This document shows positions 10,140-18,952 of a stretch of 42,125 nucleotides of DNA, one piece after another; position 1 is the first letter of the stretch, and every line of letters starts with the position of its first letter. The position numbers were made by a program, and so were the translations under genes. Under the pieces are notes generated by a model, which saw only the letters and a list, made by a program, of their open reading frames with translations, ran no database searches and was not told the DNA's origin. This DNA is from an archaeon (GTDB taxonomy: Archaea > Thermoproteota > Thermoprotei > Thermofilales > JAPDKD01), in NCBI GenBank assembly GCA_029258735.1, contig JAPDKD010000029.1, positions 1 through 42,125 of the forward strand. The letters are read 5' to 3'.

Positions 10140-12599
10140 TTACGGAGTTATTTTGACTTTTATTTCTAGGTATTTTTCTGCTGGATGTGCGTCTTTGGGT
10201 GCCTGGTTTAGCGGCTTGATGGTCACTTTTTTGGCTCGTAGGGTTCCTTTTATGTCTTCTATTGATGTTTCGATTATTTTCCTGTGCTGGTCGCCGCAGT
10301 ACACCGTTATCTCGGATATCTCCTTGCCTAGGGCTATGCCCGCATCATGCTTAGCCCGCCTTCCGGCCGCTATAGTCTCTATCACTACAGCGCCTTCTTC
10401 TATTACTTTCTCGTCGTATTCGGCGGCTCGGGGCCACGGAGCGGTTGTGATGCTCTTGTATCCGGCTTTTTCCTTGAACATTCTGTGGTATATTTCCTCG
10501 GCTACGTGAGGCGCGAACACTGAGATCATATGCACTATCCTGTAGAGGACCTTGTTGAGGGTATAGAGCGCAGCCTTCTTGTCAACGCCGCTGCGGGTCC
10601 TGTACTTGGTTGCCTCTATATAGTGGTCGGCGAACTTATGCCAAGCGAAGTCTATTATGCTTGAAGCCGCCGTTTTGAAGTCGAACTTCTCCATAGCGGC
10701 CGTCACCGTCGCGGTGAGCTTTTCCAGCTCGTTGAGTATCCACTTATCCACCAGCCTAAGCTCGCTCTCCTCCACCTCTTCGGGGACCTCTTCGCCTTCC
10801 AATATCATGTTGACGTATCTCGCCATGTTCCAGAGCTTTGTTAGGAAGCGCTTGGTGTATTGTAGTGTTTCCCATGTGAATAGTATGTCGGAGCCTGTTG
10901 CCGCCGCGGTTGCTGCCCATAGTCTGAAGGCGTCTGCGCCGTATTTTTCTAGTACTTCTAGGAGGGGGACGTAGTTGCCTAGGGATTTGTGCATCATTTT
11001 TATTTCTCCGTCTGGGGTTTTGCCTAGGACCATTCCATTTATTAGGGCTGTTTTGTACTGAGTTTTTCCGAAGAGGGCTATTCCTCTGACTAGTAGGTAG
11101 TAGTCCCATGTTCGGATTATGTCGTATCCGTTGGGCTGTAGGTCTGCTGGGAAGAGTCGTGGGTCCATGTTGTCTGGCCAGCCCGCGTGTACTGCGGCGG
11201 TTATGCTGGAGTCCATCCAAGTGTCCATTACTGCTGTTTCTCCTTTGAGGCTTGTGGAGCTGCATTTAGGGCATCTACCTATTTTGGGCGGGTCTTTTCT
11301 TGGGTCTATCGGTAGCCAGTCCGGCTCGGCGACTATGACGTGTCCGCAGTCCTGGCAGTACCATACTGGTATGGGTGTTGCGAAGAGTCTTTGCCTGGAT
11401 ATGGGCCAGTCCCAGTCTAGGCTTTTGACCCATGCTTCCAGCCTGTTGTATGCGTGGGGCGGTACCCACTGTATCTTCTTGGCTTCTTCTAGGACTTTGT
11501 CGGCTAGCGCCTTTGTTTTTACGAACCATTGTTCGCGTGGGATTATTTCTATTGGTGTGTGGCATCTCCAGCATGTGCCTATGTTGCTCTTGATGCTTTC
11601 TACCTTTACTAGGAGTCCTTTCTCCTTTAGCAGTTCCGCCGCTTTTTTCCTGGCTTCTTCTACTTTTAGGCCTGCGAGGGGGCCTGCGACTTCCTTCATT
11701 CGTCCCCTCTCGTCTATTGCTTCTATGACTGGCAGGACGTGTCTTGCCTGCCATCTGACGTCGGTTTTGTCTCCGTAGGTGCATATCATTACGGCTCCTG
11801 TGCCGAATTCGGGGTCTACTTCCTCGTCTGCGATTATTGGGACCCACCTATCGTATAGAGCAACTTTGGCCCGCTTACCTATGAGATGCTTGTATCGGTG
11901 ATCTTCCGGGTTTACGGCTACTGCGACACAGGCCGCCAGCAGCTCTGGCCTCGTTGAGGCTATTGTGAGGGGGGAGCCATCTTCCAGCTGGAAGTTGAAG
12001 TAGTATAGTGGCCTGTTCTTCTCGACGTATTCGACTTCTGCTTCGGCTATTGCGGTTTCGCAGCGGGGGCACCAGTTGACCGGGTGTTTTGACTTGTAGA
12101 TTAGGCCTTTCTTGTACATTAGGACGAAGCTTAGCTGTGTTCGCCGCCAGTAGTCGGGTTCCATTGTACGGTATTCGGTGGTCCAGTCTATGCTGCAGCC
12201 AAGCGCCTTTATCGCCTTTTTCATGGGCTCTATCCATTTGAGCGTGTACTCGCGGGTTAGCCTTAAGAACTCTTCTGGCGGGACTTCGCTCTTGGATTTC
12301 CCTATGGTTTTTTCGACCCTGACTTCTGTGGGTAGTCCATGGCAGTCCCAGCCTTGGGGGAAGAGCACGTTGTATCCGCGCATCCGTTTGTATCTGGCTA
12401 CGAAGTCTATGTAGGTGTGGTTGAGGGCGTTGCCTACGTGGAATTCGCCGCTGGGGTAGGGTGGGGGAGTGTTTATGCTGTAGGTGGGCTTGGACTTGTC
12501 TTCCCGGTTGAAGCGGTAGATTCCGCTTGCTTCCCATTTTTGCTGCCACTTGGGCTCTATTGTTTTATAGTCGTATCTCTTGGGGAAAGACTCAGACAT
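10140..12599 (-). CDS. valS: Valine--tRNA ligase
   Basis: NTPPPYPSGEFHVGN, GWDCHGLPTE, STRPELL, GTGAVMICTYGD, WDWPISRQR, DTWMDSS; ATG at 12599 behind GGAGGTG (ORF track start 12641). Confidence 0.97.
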   Translation of the reverse strand: MSESFPKRYDYKTIEPKWQQKWEASGIYRFNREDKSKPTYSINTPPPYPSGEFHVGNALNHTYIDFVARYKRMRGYNVLFPQGWDCHGLPTEVRVEKTIGKSKSEVPPEEFLRLTREYTLKWIEPMKKAIKALGCSIDWTTEYRTMEPDYWRRTQLSFVLMYKKGLIYKSKHPVNWCPRCETAIAEAEVEYVEKNRPLYYFNFQLEDGSPLTIASTRPELLAACVAVAVNPEDHRYKHLIGKRAKVALYDRWVPIIADEEVDPEFGTGAVMICTYGDKTDVRWQARHVLPVIEAIDERGRMKEVAGPLAGLKVEEARKKAAELLKEKGLLVKVESIKSNIGTCWRCHTPIEIIPREQWFVKTKALADKVLEEAKKIQWVPPHAYNRLEAWVKSLDWDWPISRQRLFATPIPVWYCQDCGHVIVAEPDWLPIDPRKDPPKIGRCPKCSSTSLKGETAVMDTWMDSSITAAVHAGWPDNMDPRLFPADLQPNGYDIIRTWDYYLLVRGIALFGKTQYKTALINGMVLGKTPDGEIKMMHKSLGNYVPLLEVLEKYGADAFRLWAATAAATGSDILFTWETLQYTKRFLTKLWNMARYVNMILEGEEVPEEVEESELRLVDKWILNELEKLTATVTAAMEKFDFKTAASSIIDFAWHKFADHYIEATKYRTRSGVDKKAALYTLNKVLYRIVHMISVFAPHVAEEIYHRMFKEKAGYKSITTAPWPRAAEYDEKVIEEGAVVIETIAAGRRAKHDAGIALGKEISEITVYCGDQHRKIIETSIEDIKGTLRAKKVTIKPLNQAPKDAHPAEKYLEIKVKITP

Positions 12600-12730
12600 C
12601 TGAGCACCTCCAATATTTACAGTAACAACTAGAGAGAACACGGGAAAAATTAAACCCTTCTATAGCTACTCTACGCCCGGCCTCATGATCACCAGCCGTG
12701 CACTATATTCTTATCCTTCGAGGCTTTAAT

Positions 12731-13588
12731 ATGTGTCGGTGCTTCGCTACGTGGCGCATCAATGAAGAAAGAGCTCGCGGGATAGCCGAGGGGTTCGCCG
12801 AAGCCGAAGACTTCGTCTACGAGTGTGAGCTTTTGGATCCGCAGATGAAGGCTGTCGGGGATATAGTTAGGCGGCTGGGGGCGAAGAATGGGGCGGCTTA
12901 CGTGGTGGGGGTTGCGCTTGCTAGCTACATGTTGTCTGTTCGCGGGGAGAGGCACTGGTTTCTTGCGGCGGAGTTCGCTGGGGAGGACGTTGGCGAGAGC
13001 CTTTTAAGGTTTGTTAGGGAGAGCCCTAGCTTGGCTAGGTTTAAGGTTGTTAGAGAGAGAAGAGTTAGGAGATATTTAACCTTTTTTGTGCCGAGGTTTT
13101 TGGAGAAATTTGAAGCTTACGCTAGCGATTTGAGAAGTTTTTGGGCGGATCTTGCGCGGGCTGTAGGCGCTAAGCCTCGGGCTAAAACTGTAGTTTTTGC
13201 TGTTAAGATGCTTTATTATTCTCTTAGGGCTGCTGGTTTCAAGGTTCGAGGCTTGCCGTACGAGATTCCTATTCCCGTGGATTTCCGTGTTTCTTTGATG
13301 ACGTTGACCAGCGGCCTCATAGCTGACGGGGCAGCTGATTTTAGGTCTGAAGCCAGGCTCCTCAGAGAGAGGGGGGCAGAGCTCGTCCGGCGTGGTTGGG
13401 GCTTGGTTTCGGAGCTTTCAAGCGTGCCGGCGTTAAATATGGACGTGGTTTTGTGGCTTGTTGGAGGAGCTGTCGATAGGTCTAATTTTTCAAGGAAGAA
13501 GGTGTATCTCGAGCTCGAGAAGGTTGTTGGCCGCACTCTGGAGGAGCGCGAGAAGAGGCTTGTTGAGAAGCTTATATGGCGACTTTGA
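12731..13588 (+). CDS. Archaeal N-glycosylase/DNA lyase (AGOG, 8-oxoguanine DNA glycosylase)
   Basis: DPQ, LASYMLSVRGERHW, AKTVVFAVKM (catalytic Lys), IPIPVDFRV (catalytic Asp), DVVLW; start uncertain (12698 or 12731). Confidence 0.88.
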   Translation: MCRCFATWRINEERARGIAEGFAEAEDFVYECELLDPQMKAVGDIVRRLGAKNGAAYVVGVALASYMLSVRGERHWFLAAEFAGEDVGESLLRFVRESPSLARFKVVRERRVRRYLTFFVPRFLEKFEAYASDLRSFWADLARAVGAKPRAKTVVFAVKMLYYSLRAAGFKVRGLPYEIPIPVDFRVSLMTLTSGLIADGAADFRSEARLLRERGAELVRRGWGLVSELSSVPALNMDVVLWLVGGAVDRSNFSRKKVYLELEKVVGRTLEEREKRLVEKLIWRL

Positions 13589-13591
13589 TCG

Positions 13592-14383
13592 CTAGGTTAG
13601 TCCGTAGTCTTCGGGGGTAAAGTAGACGACTAGTTTTCCTTTCTGCCAGTCACGTATTAGGATGCGGGCGGCTTCTTCGACGTTGGGTTCTCCGCCCTTG
13701 AGGAGGAGGCCGCGTCTCCGCGCTAGTTCTTCGAGTATTTTTAGAGGTTCGCGGCTTTTTATTCCGTAGGTTCGCTGAAATACTTCGGGATCTTTTGAGG
13801 CGAGCTTTTCTATCAGCTTTATTGCCGGGATGAGGGGGTCTTCGAGGCTTTCGGGTCGTAGCGCGCTTCTGAAAACTAGTTCTTCGCTAGAGAGACGCGG
13901 CACTATTCCCGGGGTATCTATTACCTTTAGCCATGTTGCTGCTCTTACAGTCTGTGCCTCGGTTGTGAAGCCCGGTATTGGGGACGTGCCGGCGCTGCTT
14001 CTACCCTTTAGCACGTTTATGATCATTGATTTGCCCACGTTTGGTAGGCCGACGATCGCTACTGTTACGGGTTTTTTGCCCCGCGCTGCCATTTTTACTG
14101 CTTTCCATAGTTGCCTCGTTCCTAGCCTGTCGCGCGCTCCTATGTAGATTGTGGGGTATTCTCGGCTAAGAACCTTTTTCCATTTCTCCGCAACTGATCT
14201 CGGTATCAAGTCTGACTTGTTTATGACCAGTATTAAGGGCTTTCCGAGCTTCTTGACGTAGGCTTCAACCTTCTTTGTGCGTGTCGCCATAGGGTCCCGC
14301 GCGTCCAATACCTCGAAGACAACATCCGCTCTCCTAATCACTTGCTTAACAAGTCTCCACTGCTGGCTCATTGAGTCCATCAC
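13592..14383 (-). CDS. Circularly permuted GTPase, YlqF/RbgA/YawG family (ribosome biogenesis)
   Basis: EVLDARDP, NKSDL (G4) precedes GLPNVGKS (G1), PGFTT (G2), DTPG (G3); C-terminal RRGLLLKGGEPN. Confidence 0.92.
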   Translation of the reverse strand: MMDSMSQQWRLVKQVIRRADVVFEVLDARDPMATRTKKVEAYVKKLGKPLILVINKSDLIPRSVAEKWKKVLSREYPTIYIGARDRLGTRQLWKAVKMAARGKKPVTVAIVGLPNVGKSMIINVLKGRSSAGTSPIPGFTTEAQTVRAATWLKVIDTPGIVPRLSSEELVFRSALRPESLEDPLIPAIKLIEKLASKDPEVFQRTYGIKSREPLKILEELARRRGLLLKGGEPNVEEAARILIRDWQKGKLVVYFTPEDYGLT

Positions 14384-14458
14384 TTGAATTTCTATAATCT
14401 CTGGTATTATGGTTTAAAAGAGATAGAAATATTTGTAGCAAATACCTGCCTTTAAGGA

Positions 14459-15907
14459 TTAATAGGCTTTTGCTACGTAAACTATTTGTGTTGCTGGGTG
14501 CCCGCACCAAGCGCAGCGTTTTCCTTCGGGAATTTCTTCCTCACCTAGAGCTGTTCCGCGCACTTTGCCGCCTTTTGTTTCTTCCTGCATCTGCATCGCG
14601 CATTCTTCTCTTCCACAGAAAGGCATCTTGACTATTTTCCCCTCTTTTAGTCCTTCTTCTACTTCCTCTCGCGTCGTAGCGCTCACTATTCTATTTTTGA
14701 AAAACTCCTCAGCCCTTTTCTTGAGGTTTTCAAGTATTTCTCCAGCGAGTTCGTATATCCTCTTTAGCAGCTCATCTTCGGGCACTTTCTCTCGCTTCCT
14801 CAGGTCTCTCCTGAATACAGTTACGTATTTTTGTTCAACCTCTCTTTTTCCTATTTCTATCCGCATTGGCACTCCACGCAGCTCCCAATCATTAAACTTC
14901 CAGCCTGGAGTTCTCTCTCTCAGATCCACTTTTACCCTTAAGCCTGCTTCCCGGAGCTTTTTCTCGATTTCGAAGCATTTGCCAAGCACCTTTTCCGCGT
15001 CCGCCTCCTCATAGTATATTGGTATTATGACTGACTGCAGCGGCGCTACCTCAAATGGAAGCACTAAGCCTTTATCGTCCCCGTGAACTGAAATTAGCGC
15101 AGCAACTATGCGCCATATTCCAGGGCCGTAGCAGGTTTGCCAGGCATATTTCTTTTCTCCATCTTTGTCTGTGAAGATTATTTCAAAGGCACGCGCGAAT
15201 CTTTGTCCAAGGTCGTGAGTTGATGATATTTGAAGTACTCGGCCGTCAGGCATTATAGTGTCGGCTGCGTAGGTGTCTTCTGCTCCCGCAAACTTGTCCC
15301 ATGGAGGGCGGCGAAGGAATAGGAAGGGTATGCCCAGTTTTTCCCATACTACTTTCCGCGTGTTTTCCATGTCCTCTCTTATCTGCTTTAGTGCATCCTC
15401 GTGCGTTGGGAAGACGTTGTGAGCCTCTATCCAAAGGAACTCGCGGCCACGTATGAATGGGCGGGTGTTCTTCTCGTACCTGTACACGGATACACTTTGG
15501 TACAGCTTCAGCGGCAGGTCTCGCCAACTTTCAACCCATAGAGAATACATTTGATAGAAGGCGGTTTCAGAGGTTGGACGAAGCGCTAGCCTTCTTTCCA
15601 GCTTTTCGTCACCTGCCTCAGTTACCCAGAAGACTTCAGGTTTGAAGCCTTCTACGTGCTCTTTTTCCCGCTCGAAGTTTTCTTCGGGAATAACGAGCGG
15701 GAATAGCACTGGCTGGTGCCCTGTCTTCTCTAGCTCTTCCTCGAAGAGCTTATATATTTCCTTTATGATGCGCATTGCCCATGGCTTGTGCACTATGAAG
15801 CCTTGGACGTTGTATCTTAGGTCTATCATGTCCGCTTTTTGGAGTACCTGCGTGTACCACTCTGAGAAGTTTTCTCTCTTTTTTACGGTGATGCCTAGCT
15901 CGGACAT
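14459..15907 (-). CDS. proS: Proline--tRNA ligase (archaeal/eukaryotic type)
   Basis: FSEWY, EHVEGFKPEV, LRPTSET, RYEKNTRPFIRGREFLW, KFAGA, PGWKFNDWELRGVP, C-terminal AKAY. Confidence 0.97.
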   Translation of the reverse strand: MSELGITVKKRENFSEWYTQVLQKADMIDLRYNVQGFIVHKPWAMRIIKEIYKLFEEELEKTGHQPVLFPLVIPEENFEREKEHVEGFKPEVFWVTEAGDEKLERRLALRPTSETAFYQMYSLWVESWRDLPLKLYQSVSVYRYEKNTRPFIRGREFLWIEAHNVFPTHEDALKQIREDMENTRKVVWEKLGIPFLFLRRPPWDKFAGAEDTYAADTIMPDGRVLQISSTHDLGQRFARAFEIIFTDKDGEKKYAWQTCYGPGIWRIVAALISVHGDDKGLVLPFEVAPLQSVIIPIYYEEADAEKVLGKCFEIEKKLREAGLRVKVDLRERTPGWKFNDWELRGVPMRIEIGKREVEQKYVTVFRRDLRKREKVPEDELLKRIYELAGEILENLKKRAEEFFKNRIVSATTREEVEEGLKEGKIVKMPFCGREECAMQMQEETKGGKVRGTALGEEEIPEGKRCAWCGHPATQIVYVAKAY

Positions 15908-15984
15908 AGTTAATCCTCTTATTTAAGCTGTAATTCCTTTTTATCTTTATTACCGGAGAACGAGAATTAAAAAACAAGAAAATT

Positions 15985-16716
15985 TTACTTTATTCCGAGT
16001 AGGTAGCATGCCAGGAGGATGGCTGCTGGTATTAGGAGGTTGTCTACGTCTGCTGGGCTTACGGCTTCTACTATGGTTGCTATAACTCCCATTATCAGCG
16101 CGGCTGTGAGAAGGTTAATGTTTGGCAGGCTCCAGAATACTAGCACGTATAGTATTATGAAGCCTATGAAGCCCGCTATGAACACTGTTAGGGAGCCTTC
16201 GAGGCTTTTCTCTCTGCCCAGCAGCTTATACTTGTGCTTGCCGTATATTTTGCCTATGTAGGGTGCTAGTCCATCTCCCCAGCCTAGGTAAGCCATCGTT
16301 AGTACTCCGGCCGTAGTCATATAGTAGAATATGCCGACGAACTCCATGGCTAATGTGAAGAAAAGCGGCCCTCTGAGGAGTTCCTTTGGGTCTCCGGTTC
16401 TGGTCATTGTTTGTACTGCGACGTCGCCCGGCTTTGCGGTGAAGCCTTTCTGCAGGAAAAGTAGGGTCCATAGGACTGCGACGCTTATGTTGAATATGTA
16501 GGACCAGCCGTCGCTTGGATCCATTAGTGGCCAGACCCATATCCAGCTGCCTGCGGCTATGTGTATTACTTTGCGGGAGAGGTCGGGCGGGAATCCCTTT
16601 GCAACTAGCTTGCCCATTAGCTGTATTATTGTGTTTATGTAGATTAGGGGTAAGGCGACTCCAACGATGAGGTTGTATAGGTATATTGGTTGAAATAGGG
16701 CCTGCATCAGGGTCAC
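15985..16716 (-). CDS. Polyprenol/phytol/dolichol kinase family membrane protein (CTP-dependent; cytidylyltransferase-like superfamily)
   Basis: SRKVIHIAAG, GWGDGLAPYIGKIYGKHK, KSLEGS, DNLLIP motifs; GTG start overlaps upstream TGA (GTGA). Confidence 0.82.
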   Translation of the reverse strand: MTLMQALFQPIYLYNLIVGVALPLIYINTIIQLMGKLVAKGFPPDLSRKVIHIAAGSWIWVWPLMDPSDGWSYIFNISVAVLWTLLFLQKGFTAKPGDVAVQTMTRTGDPKELLRGPLFFTLAMEFVGIFYYMTTAGVLTMAYLGWGDGLAPYIGKIYGKHKYKLLGREKSLEGSLTVFIAGFIGFIILYVLVFWSLPNINLLTAALIMGVIATIVEAVSPADVDNLLIPAAILLACYLLGIK

Positions 16717-17549
16717 CTCGTTATTCTTGTGAATTCGCCGCTACCATCGGTTACGGCGCGATAAAGGTTTCCCTTCTTGAGCATGTTGATTATCCAGACT
16801 TCTCCTCCCTTTTCAAAGTAGTCGCGGTGTTTTAGCGCTTCGGAAAGTTTTCCTTTCATTCCACCCGTAACGTCGACGGGAGAGCCAGCGCCAACGCCTG
16901 CTATTATTTTCTCGAGGTCTTCCAGCGTCAGCTTTTGCACTACGTTTCCTTCTCTGTCCAATACGCCGTCAACATCTACTCCGAATATTATTAGCCTCGA
17001 GTTGAAGGCTTGGGCTAGCTGGAAGGCTAGCTGGTCTCCTGAGCATACGGAGAGTTTTAGGTTGTCATTCATGTCCGCGACCATGTCTCCAGATACTACG
17101 GGAGTGAAGCCAGTATCGTAGAAGCGCTTCATGCCCTTTAGGAAGAACTCGGTTATGCGGCCATTGTTCTGCACTACCATAGATGAGGGATAGAATTTTA
17201 CGGCTGGGACGCCGTGTTTCTCCAGTTTTTCGAGCAACATCTGCCTTAGCCTATTCACTTGGTTCTGAGCGTAGGTTAGGTAGATTAGCTGCTGCTTTTC
17301 TTTTATGCCGAGGTAAAGCTTGTATTTCCTGACTGGTAAGTGTCCGACTATTCCCACGCCGTGGACGAGTATTACTCGGTATCCAGCGTCAAGTAGTGCG
17401 GCCACTTCCCTGGCGATATAGTCTACTTCGGTTTCTCTTATGATTATTTTATCTGTTCTTTTCTTGTCTGTTAGGACAGAGCCGCCTATCTTTATTATTA
17501 TGGGGGGCTTGTTGTTCATTTTGACCAATAAAATATATCCTCTCATCAC
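16713..17549 (-). CDS. Isopentenyl phosphate kinase (amino-acid kinase family)
   Basis: IKIGGSVLTDK, LVHGVGIVGH (IPK-type His), PVVSGD, SGDQL, DVDGV, DVTGGMKGKL; true start may be the Met near 17519. Confidence 0.82.
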   Translation of the reverse strand: MMRGYILLVKMNNKPPIIIKIGGSVLTDKKRTDKIIIRETEVDYIAREVAALLDAGYRVILVHGVGIVGHLPVRKYKLYLGIKEKQQLIYLTYAQNQVNRLRQMLLEKLEKHGVPAVKFYPSSMVVQNNGRITEFFLKGMKRFYDTGFTPVVSGDMVADMNDNLKLSVCSGDQLAFQLAQAFNSRLIIFGVDVDGVLDREGNVVQKLTLEDLEKIIAGVGAGSPVDVTGGMKGKLSEALKHRDYFEKGGEVWIINMLKKGNLYRAVTDGSGEFTRITR

Positions 17550-17577
17550 TTTTTATTTTGCCGCTTAGGGGTTAACC

Positions 17578-18516
17578 ATGGTTCCCAAGCTTCTGGTTCA
17601 CGGAGGCGCAGGCAGATATAGGAAAGTTTCCGAAGAACGACGACAGAGAGTTTTATGCGAGATTGAAAACGCCTTGTATAGCGGCATTTCAGCACTGCGT
17701 TCAGGCTCCGCTATTGAAGGAGTGGTTGAAGCGGTATCGTACATGGAGCAGTGCGGGGCCTTTAATGCTGGCCGCGGAAGCGTGCTAAATCTTCGCGGCG
17801 AAGCTGAGCTTGATGCTGGAGTCATGTTTGGTCTTGATTTATCGGTGGGCGCCGTTGCAGCGTTGAATGATTATTGGAACGCTGTACGTCTAGCCGACTT
17901 TATACGTCAAAATACGGACCATATATTCTTGGCTGGAGAAGGGGCACGACTTCTGGCCGAGAAGCTCGGAATGGAGAAATTCAAGCCGTTGCCGGAGCGC
18001 GTTAAAAAGTATAGGGAGCTGATGAGAAAGTTTAAGGAAAACGAGATCTATTGGAGAAAGAACCGCCAGCTTGTTAGTAGGTACGGTTTAGGCACGGTTG
18101 GTGCTGTTGCTATTGACAGTGATGGGAATTTAGCCGCAGCTTCATCTACAGGTGGAATATGGCTTAAGCTTCCGGGCAGGGTTGGTGACACGCCAGTTGT
18201 GGGAGGCGGTTTTTACGCTGAGAATGGAGCTGCGGCTGCTTCGGCTACAGGGCGCGGAGAACTCATTGCTAGATTCATGCTTTCAGCAAGGATAGCTGCC
18301 GAGGTTCGAAGGGGGCTGAACGCCTCAGATGCAGCTAAAAAAGTTGTGCGAGAACTAACCGACATGTTTGGCGCAAATACGGCCGGCGTAATAGTTATAG
18401 ATCGTAACGGGAATTACGGTTACGCGTATAATACCGAGGTCTTCATTATAGGGATTTACGACGGAGAAAGGATGGAGACAAAGTATATATTAGAGCAGAA
18501 AAATAGCTCAACATAG
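17578..18516 (+). CDS. Isoaspartyl peptidase / L-asparaginase (Ntn hydrolase)
   Basis: VHGGAG, FNAGRGS, ELDAGVM, GTVGAVA (autocatalytic Thr), STGG, GRVGDTP, ATGRGE. Confidence 0.93.
   Translation: MVPKLLVHGGAGRYRKVSEERRQRVLCEIENALYSGISALRSGSAIEGVVEAVSYMEQCGAFNAGRGSVLNLRGEAELDAGVMFGLDLSVGAVAALNDYWNAVRLADFIRQNTDHIFLAGEGARLLAEKLGMEKFKPLPERVKKYRELMRKFKENEIYWRKNRQLVSRYGLGTVGAVAIDSDGNLAAASSTGGIWLKLPGRVGDTPVVGGGFYAENGAAAASATGRGELIARFMLSARIAAEVRRGLNASDAAKKVVRELTDMFGANTAGVIVIDRNGNYGYAYNTEVFIIGIYDGERMETKYILEQKNSST
18484..18491 (+). promoter_or_regulatory. Putative TATA box for tRNA-Ala, embedded in the 3' end of the asparaginase CDS
   Basis: TATATATT 25-32 nt upstream of tRNA G1, preceded by purine-rich GAGACAAAG (BRE-like). 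Confidence 0.45.
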
Positions 18517-18616
18517 GGCCGGTAGCTCAGCGGGAGAGCGCCCGGTTCGCAACCGCGGTTATTACCGCCGGAGAAAAACCGGGAGGTCGCGGGTTCGAGT
18601 CCCGCCCGGTCCACCA
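18516..18616 (+). tRNA. tRNA-Ala(CGC) with 26-nt intron at 37/38 (intron 18552-18577), encoded CCA
   Basis: Acceptor GGGCCGG/CCGGTCC with G3:U70, discriminator A + CCA; D arm GCTC/GAGC; anticodon stem CCCGG/CCGGG with TT-CGC-A|A; T arm GCGGG-TTCGAGT-CCCGC; intron folds as a BHB-like motif. Confidence 0.95.
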
Positions 18617-18617
18617 C

Positions 18618-18644
18618 TTTTTTCTATTTTTCGAACTAAAATAG
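18618..18644 (+). terminator. Oligo-T terminator after the tRNA, followed by a short hairpin
   Basis: TTTTTT at 18618-18623, then CTATTTT-N7-AAAATAG inverted repeat. Confidence 0.55.
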
Positions 18645-18827
18645 CGAAATAGTTGTTTAATATTTTGTAGTAAATTTTGTGTCTTTTGGTGAATATTTTA
18701 TAGCTTAAGGAGTATCACTGCCACTTTTCTTTCCTTATATTTTAAATGTATTTTTATTGTTACTATTTATTTTGATTATTAATGAGAAGTTGAAGATATT
18801 ACTTTTTTTCTTGGAAGGTTATATTTT

Positions 18828-18845
18828 GAATGTTGTCGAACATTC
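18828..18845. promoter_or_regulatory. Perfect inverted repeat GAATGTT-N4-AACATTC, candidate protein-binding site
   Basis: 7-bp arms with 4-bp spacer in an AT-rich spacer about 110 bp upstream of an HTH-like gene. Confidence 0.35.
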
Positions 18846-18952
18846 TATGCTTTTTTTAATTATTACTAGTGGTAAGCATTATTCTATTATATTCTTTAGT
18901 ATAACATATTTGAATAAATTAACCCTAGTGAAAAAATCTATAGAAACTATAT

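Noticed and set aside
10153-12632. Many long alternative-frame and antisense ORFs over valS (up to 224 aa)
   Set aside because: Explained by biased codon usage of the real gene; no recognisable motifs
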